DNA from: Stegostoma tigrinum
Taxonomy: Eukaryota
Length of the DNA stretch: 64,000 nt
Assembly: GCF_030684315.1 (NCBI RefSeq)
Contig: NC_081355.1
Location: forward strand, 31,327,141 to 31,391,140
Direction of reading: 5' to 3'
Under the pieces are notes generated by a model, which was not told where the DNA came from, searched no databases, and saw only the letters and a list, made by a program, of their open reading frames with translations. A program made the position numbers and the translations under genes. The first letter of the stretch is position 1; each line of letters opens with the position of its first letter. Below are positions 39,457-49,632 of this stretch, in pieces.

Positions 39457-39864
39457 AGAGATGGTAGGAACTGCCAATGCTGGAGAACCTGAGATAACAA
39501 GGTGTAGAGCTGGATGAACACAGCAGGCCAAGCAGCATCAGAGGAGCAGGAAAGCTGATGTTTCGGGTCTGGATCCTTCTTCAGAAATGGGGGAGGGGAA
39601 GGGGATTCTGAAATAAATAGGGAGAGAGGGGGAGGCGGGTGGAAGCTTGATAAAGGTGCAGATGGATAAAACGGAAGATGGATAAAGGATAGAGGAGCTC
39701 TTTTATCCATCTTCCACCCGCCTCCCCCTCTCTTCCCTATTTATTTCAGAATCCCCTTCCCCTCCCCCATTTCTGAAGAAGGGTCCAGACCCGAAACATC
39801 AGCTTCCCTGCTCCTCTGATGTTGCTTGGCCTGCTGTGTTCATCCAGCTCTACACCTTGTTATC
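39457..39864 (-). mobile_element. Fold-back Penelope-like element (family A variant)
   Basis: 39494-~39690 is the rc of ~39700-39864; extra tail on the left; hammerhead-like ctgaagaagggtccagacccgaaacatc at 39773; decayed TSD ending tactatg at 39441-39456 / 39865-39880. Confidence 0.9.
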
Positions 39865-42019
39865 TTGCAATTCTACTATGTTGTGCTTGTTACCCTTAGG
39901 GGATCCATAACAATGAGATCTCTTATTAATTCTACCTGATTACATATGCCTATATCTAAAAATAACCAGATCCTGGGTAGATTATGCAACATACTGCTCC
40001 AGGAAACAATTGCTAATGCATTCTACAAATTTGTTTTCCATTTTGCCCATTTTGATCAGCTGATTTGTCTAGTTAATATGCAGATTTAAATCATCCATGA
40101 CAGTTGCAGTACCCTTCTTACACACCCTCATTATTTCCCAAATTTATACCTTTTTCTACAGTGAGGCAACTCTTTAGGGGTCAGATGATAACTGCAATCC
40201 ATGACTTCTTTCCCTTGCTATTTCTTATTTCCACCTAAACTAATCCATATCACAATGTATTGTATCTATATGACTACTTACCACCACAATATCTTCCTCA
40301 ATGAACAACACCACTGCAACGTTTTTTTCATTTTTGCCTATTTTTCTGGAACATCAAATCTCCTTGAATGTTGAGTTCCCAGTCCTGGTCACCCTGCAAC
40401 TATGTCTCTTTAACAGTTATGAAGGCATATTCACTTCTTTCTATTAATGCTGTCAAAACGTCTATCTTGTTACAGGTTCTGTGTGTCAAATAAACCGCTT
40501 TAAGCTTTGATTTTTTTATCCTTATTCCTTACTCTCCTAATTGCGCTTCCTGTCCCTACCCGTGACACTTCCACGAATGTTTGCTTCATCACTACCCTGT
40601 ATCTCTGTTCTCACAATTCTCTTTGACTTTTAAAATTCCCTTCGATTGAACCATCCCCCCACTAATTAATTAAAAGTCCTACCTACGACCACATTTATAC
40701 AATTCTTCAGGACACTTTTCCCAGCATGGTTCAAATGAAACCTGTTCCAGTGAAATCCTTCCCCAGTATTTGTGCCAGTGCTCCATGGGAAAGGACCCAT
40801 TTTTCCTGCACCAATCATTGAACAATACATTAACCCCTAATTTTATTTACCCTATGCCAATTTGCACATGATTCAGGTAGTAATCCTAAAATTATTACTT
40901 TAGTGATTCTGCTTTTTAACTAAGCACATGCTACTCCTAGTCCTTCAACAGAACCTCCTTCCTAAACTTACCTGCTGTGCCCACACACACACATACGGAC
41001 ACACACACACCGTTCCTCTCCAGTCCAGACAGAGGCTCATAACCTTGACACCAGGGCAGCAACATAGCCTAGAAGATCTCTTTCCTTGCTGCTTTGGATA
41101 ATCTATTCCCCTAACTATGCTATCCCCTAATAATATTACATTTTGCTCATGCCACCACCCCCTCCTACTCCTGCTACATTTGAATGGCATCATTTACCAT
41201 GGTGTTTTGGTCAGTTCGCTCATCTGCAGTCTATATCGTCGTTCAAAATGGGAGCAAGAACTTCATACCTATAGAAAAGCTAAATTCTGGATCCTAATAT
41301 CTGCCTCACCCACAGTCATACTTTTCTTTTCCTGATCACTAAGCAAGTTTGATGTAATTAATCAAAGAGGTGTAACTATTTCTTGAAATAGTGTCCTAAG
41401 TAAGTCTTACACTCCCTAATGTGTTGCAGCATCCCCAGTTCAAACTCAAACTCATCACCTCTTAAGACGAAATTTCTCAAGTCGCCAACATTTGGTGGAA
41501 ATGTAGATCACACCACTGTCCCCCAGTACCCGCATACTACATACAATACATTGGCTGCCTCTATTTCTATTGAATTAATTAATTGATATGTTAGACATTT
41601 TAAAAGTGAAGTTCCTACCTGTTCCTCAGCTCGAATAACTTTTCCTAGTTTAAACCAATTGACAAATCAATAGAGACACAGGAAATACCACTAATCACCT
41701 ATGTGGTCTTCTGTGAGGCCGCACTTTAGCTCTGACAGGTACAAACAGGTTTATGGGCTTTCTGTTGCTTGTTCTTATCTCTTGTTGACATTGCCCTGCT
41801 CTCACAGTTCTGTTCTTGCAGACTGCTTCACAGTGATGCTGACCTACTGCATACTCCAGTTTATATAATTAATAAAATGCATTGTTGCTATTTGGGTCTG
41901 GACTCATTTCTCTTAAAAGCTCAAACATGACCACACCACAGCTCTTACAACAATTACGAAGCATAATTATGCAAACAAAACATGCACTCCCTTGAAAATG
42001 AAACATTGAGGAATGATAT

Positions 42020-42720
42020 CTTCACTTTTCAAGCTACTGAGAGGATCAGAAAGGGAAGGCAGAGGAGAAACTAGTTCAGCTAGTTAGAAGTCAATAATCA
42101 AATGACATGGTCTTAAAATTAACACCAGGCTTTCCATAAAGGGAAATTAGGAAACATTTCTACAGTCAATGCATAGAACATTTGGAACTCCCTTCTGGGA
42201 ACAACATTTTAAAAATTCTTTCATTGGCATTACTAGCAAGGCCAAAATGTCTTGCCCATTCCTAATTGCCTTAGAATGGAGTGGCTTGGTATGCCACTAG
42301 TAAATGAAGGCAGTTAAGAATCATATTACTGTGGATCTGGAGTCATATGTTGGCTAACTCTGTTCAGACAGCAAACATTTCCTTCCCTAATAGACATTAG
42401 TAAACCATTGGGTTTTTATAATGATTGATTATCATTTCATGGTCATTTTTACTGAAACTAGCTTTATATTCAACTTTTATTAACTGAATGAAAATTCCAC
42501 CAGCTATTGTGGTGGGATTGGAACTTATGTTCTCAAAATATTAGCCTGAGCCTCCAGATTCCTTCTTCAGTTACATGACACCTTCATCTCCCTGCCAGAT
42601 CAATATTCATTTTGGATTGTGACTTGATAGATTTTTGTTAGCCAAAGAAATTAAAGGAAAAGAGGATAAGGTAGATACGTGGAATTACATGTAGATCAGG
42701 CATATTCACAGGTAATGGAT
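42020..42720 (+). mobile_element. CR1 3' fragment with nested minus-strand SINE (42215-42592)
   Basis: aattaggaaacatttctacag..tttggaactccc CR1 motif; SINE core ccttccctaatagacattagtaaacca (rc). Confidence 0.6.
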
Positions 42721-43714
42721 TCTTTTTGAAAATCAGTTACTATAGTTGTGTAAGAAAACAAAACAGCCAATTGGTACACCATCAGCAATGAGATAAATGT
42801 CCAAGTTTGGGTACAGTTGGGTGAGAAATTAAGTTTGGACAAGACACCGAGAGAATTTCTGATGTCTTGTTCCTTGACAGGAAGTTCCATGGAAGGTTTT
42901 CAAGAGGAAAACGTGATGTAACTTATCATCAAAAACATGGTAACTCTGACAAAACAGCACGTCCTCAGTACTATAATTAAGTATCAGTTGTGATTTAGAT
43001 CCTGGAATTTTATTTGAACTTAAGCGGGATTGGAGATAAGATTAACACCACTGAGACAAATGAATTAGATGTCTCATCTTATATTTAAGTGTAATATACC
43101 GAACCATGAAGATACCTCACAGGTTAAACTTATGTTCCCTGCAATTTCGTTAATGTGGTGGAATGAGTTCCATGTCATGGGTATTCCAAGTAAATTAACA
43201 AGAGGAAGATTATCAGTTGGCCTACTTTGCCCTTCCCACTTCTAATCTTACTGATTTTTGGTAAACTAAGTTCCTTAAATACACCATTCTGTTCTATTAC
43301 TGCAATAAGTGGAGGTTTCATCCACCTCTATACGTGTAGGAAACTGCACTTTTTAGTTTGTGGGCCTGATGATATTTTTCCCATTGTTCTTTGATGTTTG
43401 CAGTGTTCCCTTGTCTTCCAATGTCTTTTTTGTTCTCTCCTCCTCTCGATTGCCTACTTAGTCGGTTAGCCCCAAATAAATTCTTTCTTGCTTCCAGATA
43501 TTGCTCTTTTACTCATGCACCTGAACTTTCCAAAATAACTTTTAAAAAAAAGATCAAATATATTAATTCAAAACCTTTCACATGTCTAGGATCCCAAGGT
43601 ATTTTAACCATCTGGGGCATTTTTGTAATGTCAGAAAGAGAACAGCTACTCTTTACAAAGCAAGATCTTAAAAACAGCCACGAAAATTTGACAAGATAAT
43701 TTATTTTAGTGATG

Positions 43715-43950
43715 TAGGAAGGAGAAAGGTATTGGCCAGCATGCTGTGGAGAACTTCATGGGTCTTTTTTGCCCAAATAATTTTAATACCTGGCTGCAAA
43801 GGCAAACATGGCCTTGATTCATTGCCTCAACAAATACACAGCACCTCTAAAATGCTGACATACCTTGAACACTGCCCAGAAGTGTCAGCTTACATTTTGC
43901 ATGAAGTCTCTGAAAGGGGACTTGAATCCTTAATTTTCTGACTCAAAGCT
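43715..43950 (-). mobile_element. Deu-domain SINE (SacSINE1-like)
   Basis: cagcacctc...gaagtgtcagcttaca...ggggacttgaatcc..ttctgactcaaag is the rc of the tRNA head and Deu domain. Confidence 0.6.
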
Positions 43951-44758
43951 AACAATCGCTGATGCAAATTCTAATTCTAATTTAATTCAGTTCTAATACG
44001 TGCTTTAAATAGATCAATGAAATCAAGAATATCCTGACCTGCCCACAAAACCATGCATGCACTTCCCAACTTCTTTGTTCCAAAATAGCTTGAATTCTAG
44101 TTCTGTGGTGTAACTTTTTAACACAATTAAGAAAAATCCTTTTTAAGTGAATGTATCCATGAATGTTTTGAATGTTTTCTTATTAAACAAAATCTGAATC
44201 GGTACAGATTTTCTATATGTTGGTGTTTTATGTTTCCAACTTCCAGGTGTGGATAAAAGTTCCTTTTCAAAACTGAAATGTGAATTCACATTCAAGTAAA
44301 AGATTGCATACTTTCTGTTGTTTTAATAACTTGCCCGGAGAAGAGGCAATTATTTAAAATGTAAAGTTTAAGGAATAGAACTGTGAATGTCCCTGAGAAA
44401 AGAGGTGCTAAGCTGTTCAAAAACAGCCAGCTCAAAAACATTTAAAAGGAAAACATTTTTTGAACCAATCTATGTACAGTTTTGATCCGATGACTCAGAA
44501 GGCATATCTTTTGTGTTCAATCCAATGCCATGCTGCCTTCTGTATCTTTTACTAAAGTGCTCCAGATGGATACCTACAAGCAGTACCTCATGGTAGATGT
44601 CACTTGACAGTGCAAGTCAGGAAACACAGCATATGAGCATATGAACATTGCATTTCAATCCCAAGCATCCCCATTTTACAATAAGCCATTGAATGCATTA
44701 TCATTTACTTTATGAGTTATCTCAGTTATCTACTATGAACACAACTGCACTTATGTAT

Positions 44759-47141
44759 CATAACCCAGTATGAAGCGGATGAACACAGCAGGCGAAGCAG
44801 CATCTCAGGAGCACAAAAGCTGACCTTTTGGGCCTAGACCCTCCATCAGAAAGGGGGATGGGGAGAGGGTTCTGGAATAAATAGGGAGAGAGGGGAAGGC
44901 GGACCGAAGATGGAGAGAGGGGGAGGCGGACCGAAGATGGAGAGAAAGGAAGATAGGTGGAGAGGAGAGTATAGGTGGGGAGGTAGGGAGGGGATAGGTC
45001 AGTCCAGGGAAGACGGACAGGTCAAGGAGGCGGGATGAGGTTAGTAGGTAGGAAATGGACGTGCGGCTTGAGGTGGGAGGAAGGGATAGGTGAGAGGAAG
45101 AACAGGTTAGGGAGGCGGGGACAAGCTGGTTTTGGGATGCAGTGGGGGGAGGGGACGAGCTGGGCTGGTTTTGGGATGCAGTGGGGGAAGGGGAGATTTT
45201 GAAGCTTGTGAAGTCCACATTGATACCCTTGGGCTGCAGGGTTCCCAAGCGGAATATGAGTTGCTGTTCCTGCAACCTTCGGGTGGCATCATTGTGGCAC
45301 TGCAGAAGGCCCATGATGCACATATCGTCTGAGGAATGGGAGGGGGAGTTAAAATGTTTTGCGACTGGGAGGTGCAATTTTTTTATTGCAAACCGAGTGA
45401 AGGTGTTCTGCAAAGTGGTCCCCAAGCCTCCGCTTGGTTTCCCCAATGTAGTGGAAGCCACACTGGGTACAATGGATACAGTATACCACATTGGCAGGTG
45501 TGCAGGTGAACATCTGCTTAATATGGAAAGTCATCTTGGGGCCTGGAATGGGAGTGAGGGAGGAAGTGTGGGGGCAAGTGTAGCCCTTTCTGTGGTTGCA
45601 GGGGGAGGTGCCGGGTGTGGTGGGGTTGGAGGGGAGTGTGGAGCAGACAAGGGAGTCACGGAGAGAGTGGTCTCTCCGGAAGGCAGACAAGGGTAAGGAT
45701 TTCACCAACACCTTCCACCCCAACCTCAAGTTCACCTGGGCCATCTACAACACATCTCTCACCTTCCTGGACCTCTCAGTCTCCATCTCAGGTAACCAGC
45801 TAGCAACTGATGTCCATTTCAAGCCCATTGACTCACACAGCTACCTAGAATACACCTCCTCCCACCCACCCTCCTGCAAAAGTTCCATCCCCTATTCCCA
45901 ATTCCTCTGCCTCCGCCGCATCTGCTCCCAGGATGAGGCATTCTACTCCTGCACATCCCAGATGTCCACATTCTTCAAGGACCGCAACTTCCCCCTGCAA
46001 TGGTCGAGAACACCCTTGACTGTGTCTCCCGCATTTCCCACAACACATCCCTCACACCCCGCCCCCGCCACAACCACCCCAAGAGGATCCCCCTCGTTCT
46101 CACATACCACCCCACCAAACTCCGGATACAACGCATCATCCTCCATCACTTCTGCCATCTACAGTCCGACCCCACCACCCAAGATATGTTTCCATCCCCA
46201 CCCTTGTCCATCTTCCGGAGAGACCACTCTCTCCGTGACTCCCTTGTTCGCTCCACACTCCCCTCCAACCCCACCACACCCGGCACCTTCCCTTACAATC
46301 GCAGGAAATGCTACACTTGCCCCCACACTTCCTCCCTCACCCCCATCCCAGGGCCCAAGATGACTTTCCATATTAAGCAGATGTTCACCTGCACACCTGC
46401 CAATGTGGTATACTGTATCCACAGTACCCAGTGTGGCTTCCTCTACATTGGGGAAACCAAGCGGAGGCTTGGGGACCACTTTGCAGAATACCTCCGCTCG
46501 GTTTGTAATAAACAATTGCACCTCCCAGTCGTAAAACATTTTAACTCCCCCTCCCATTCCTCAGACGATATGTCCATCATGGGCCTCCTGCAGTGCCACA
46601 ATGATGCCACCCGAAGGTTGCAGGAACAGCAACTCATATTCCACTTGGGAACGCTGCAGCCCAATGGTATCAGTGTGGACTTCACAAGCTTCAAAATCTC
46701 CCCTTCCCCCACTGCATCCCAAAACCAGCCCAGCTCGTCCCCTCCCCCCACTGCATCCCAAAACCAGCTTGTCCCCGCCTCCCTAACCTGTTCTTCCTCT
46801 CACCTATCCCTTCCTCCCACCTCAAGCCGCACGTCCATTTCCTACCTACTAACCTCCTCCCGCCTTCTTGACCCGTCCGTCTTCCCTGGACTGACCTATC
46901 GCCTCCCTACCTCCCCACCTATATTCTCCTTTCCACCTATCTTCTTTTCTCTCCATCTTCGGTCCGTCTCCCCCCTCTCCCTATTTATTCCAGAACCCTC
47001 TCCACATCCTCCACTCTGATGAAGGGTCTAGGCCCAAAAGGTCAGCTTTTGTGCTCCTGAGATGCTGCTTGGCCTGCTGTGTTCATCCAGCTTCACACTT
47101 GGTTATCTTGGATTCTCCAGCATCTGCAGTTCCCATCATCT
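44759..47141 (+). mobile_element. Penelope-like retroelement (Neptune-type), 5'-truncated with a ~0.93 kb inverted arm
   Basis: 44760-~45695 is the rc of ~46200-47106; direct copy runs 45701-47141; TSD ctgc(a/t)cttatgtat at 44745-44758 / 47142-47155. Confidence 0.95.
45701..46700 (+). pseudogene. PLE polyprotein C-terminus: RT thumb, Cys linker, GIY-YIG endonuclease
   Basis: FHPNLKFT..LTFLDL..KPIDSHSYLEYTSSHP..IPYSQFLCLRRICS; RKCYTCPH linker; VVYCIH..FLYIGETKRRL..HFN..EQQLIFHLGTLQPNGI. One frameshift near 45995. Confidence 0.92.
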
Positions 47142-47756
47142 CTGCTCTTATGTATTGACAGTTTATATACTTATCAGTTTCTAAACAAGCATTGCACACA
47201 GTTTTTAGATTACTTTGTCCTTTGAATAGTGTGCATTTTTTTTGTTACTGGCTGTTCTTCTGGGTGATTTTCCCTCTCTGGGGTCTGGTGGCTAAAGGAA
47301 CATTTCTAAGCTATCTTTACTTCTTGCAACTCTTGGGCAGTTGCATATTGTTTGGTCACTTGGTTGATTTAATCAGGCATTTGACCATTAGATTCAATAT
47401 CTCTGCTGTGTCATTGACTTCCAGAGTGTGCAGAGCTGCTGCTTTTCAGTGGATCTGGAAGACTTAACATTGTGCTCCAGCATCCTCTGCTTTCTTTATA
47501 ACATTTGTTCCACTTGACAGCATGACAGCAATAAACATCTGTTTTCCCTGCTTTTGTATCATGTTCATATGGTGGCCATTACTGGAGTAACATACTTTGC
47601 AAATATTTTGAAGCAGATGGTAGCAACCTGAAGAAAATTCTCTGAAGTGGCCTCAACTGTTTTTGGGCTCAACTGTTACTTCCCAGTTGGCATTCATGAA
47701 AGCGTTCATAATCAAAGACAGCTGATAAGCAATCTTATTTGATTCCTTGAAGTCAA

Positions 47757-47845
47757 CCTCACCTGACGAAGGAGCAGCACTACGAAAGCTCGTGATTTCA
47801 AATAAACCTGCTAGACAATACCTGGTGTTGTGTGACTTCTGAATT
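47757..47845 (+). mobile_element. Penelope-like pLTR fragment (family B)
   Basis: cacctgacgaaggagcagcactacgaaagctcgtgatttcaaataaacctg..cctggtgttgtgtgacttctga is homologous to 62531-62617. Confidence 0.8.
47760..47794 (+). ncRNA. Minimal type I hammerhead ribozyme motif
   Basis: CAC-CUGACGA-A-GGAG cagca CUAC-GAAA-GC-UC-GUG: core boxes intact, stem I CAC/GUG, palindromic AGCU stem III, one mismatch in stem II. Confidence 0.65.
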
Positions 47846-48880
47846 TTTACATTTATTGTTTACCATATTACTGCTACAGCTCTCAACTTTTCAGGATTTT
47901 GGCAAAAACCTTGTCGCTACTACATGCCTTCAGTCATCTTTAATTGCGACTTCTTTCTTGTTCATATTCAGGTTAATCAGGTGAGATCTATCGAGCACTG
48001 ACACTAGATTTTCATTATGTCAGCAATGACTTCTTTCATTCGTCCCCACATCTGTAACAGGAAGATCATCCATGATAGTTTCCACTGTGGGAAGGTTTCT
48101 CATTGTTTCACGTTGTCCTCGTTGATATTCCTTTGGAACTTTTGAAGTGCCTAACAGTGTATATAACCATCTGTATCTCCTGGATTGTATCCAGTATGTT
48201 GTTAAAAGCTGCTGTTTTCATCTAGCTTCACTAATAACAATCCTTCACAACTAGGCTAGTGAGGTTTTTTACCCTTGCAAGTTCTGAGAAAGTTCCTTCG
48301 ATGGCTTGCCATGGTGTTTTGAGATATTTTCAGAACTTTATTTTGATCTTTTGTATATAATCTTTTTGACCCTTGGTACATAAGCTCAATTTTTTTAGTG
48401 GTGTGGTTTGCATCCCACCTCAAATACCTCATCATGTTGTCATTCCAGTATCATGTACTACCACCTGTTCCAAGTCGTTATTTAACCACTGCAAAATGGA
48501 TGCCTCCAGTCAGTGTCTCATGGTAGAGGTCACGTGCCTCTGTCAAGTCAGGAAGAACCTTCTTACAACATTTCATTTCTATCCCAAGCAATATGTAATT
48601 ATATTTTATGAGGGCTTAAAATTTTAACAAAGCTACAAGATGTGTCAAATAAAAATTTAAAAAATATCATGGCCCTAACATTACAAATGAAACTCAGCAT
48701 AGAAATTTGGCAAACAATAGTTTCACCCTTGATGCAGTGTTCCATTACAGTGACCTTGTATCTTCCTACTGAGTCTGTGCTTCATTCATTCTGCGTTGCA
48801 GACCAATGTTTGCTACAATCATAGTTTTAGTTTTATTCAATACAATGCCCATTACTGATTTGTTTAGAATGATAAGGTGT

Positions 48881-49632
48881 CATAGAGTGTCATTCAGATG
48901 TACAGCATGGAAACAGACCCTTTGGTCCAACTTGTCCATGCCGACCAGGTATCCTAAATAAATCTCGTCCCATTTGCCAGCATTTGGCCCATATCCCTCT
49001 AAACCCTTCCTGTTCATATGGCCATCCAGGTGCCTTTTAAATATTGTAATTGTACCAGCCTCCACCACTTCTACTGGCAGCACAGTCCATGCATGTACCA
49101 CCCTCTGCGTGAAAAAGTTGCCCGTTACATCCCTTTTAAATCTTTCCCCTCTCAACTTAAATCTATGCCCTCTAGTTTTGGAGTCTTCTACCCCGGGGAA
49201 AGGACTTTGTCTATTTACCCTTTCCATGCCGTTCATTTTATAAATCTATATAAGGTCACCTGTCTGTCTCTGACGTTCCACAGAAAATAGCCCCAGCCTA
49301 CTCAGCCTCTTCCTATAGTTCAAACCTTCCCACCCTAGCAACATCCTTGTAATTCTTTTCTGAACACTTTCAAGTTTCACAACATCCTTCCTAAAGTAGG
49401 GTGACATGAATTATACAAAGTATTCTAATTGCCTAATCAATAGTGGCCTAATCAATGTTCTGTACAGCTGTGACATGTCCTCCCAACTCCCATACTCAAT
49501 GCACTGACCAATAAAGGCAAGCATACCAAATGCCTTCTTCACTATGCTATTTACCTGTGACTCTACTTTTAAGGAACTATGAACCTGCACTCCAAGGTCT
49601 CTCTGTTCAGCAACACTCCCCAGGGCCTTATC
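48881..49632 (-). mobile_element. CR1/HER1 LINE 3' end
   Basis: ORFs KTRGHRFKLRGERFKRDVTGNFFTQRVV and EQRDLGVQVHSSLKV; tail similar to that of the HE1 SINE. Confidence 0.92.

Larger units (their letters stand above)
37260..41560 (-). mobile_element. Old CR1 LINE (3' end to ORF1) hosting nested insertions
   Basis: RT-region remnants at 38750-39200; esterase remnant ILLGDSIVRGID..LCCCPGVKV in ORF 40945-41193. Confidence 0.75.
47200..48400 (-). mobile_element. Ancient Gypsy pol remnant
   Basis: Minus-strand VETIMDDL..., VLDRS..INLNMNK and PEKLRAV remnants resemble Gypsy RT motifs 5-7. Confidence 0.5.

Noticed and set aside
44247-44295. Plus-strand exon candidate (ttccag|GTGTGG...TTCAA|gtaaaa)
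   Set aside because: Weak donor, no recognisable peptide and no neighbouring exons.
45132-45803. Gly/Val-rich plus-strand ORFs and the apparent 255-aa ORF at 45596
   Set aside because: Antisense readings of the inverted PLE arm; the 45596 ORF is a chance fusion across the inversion junction.
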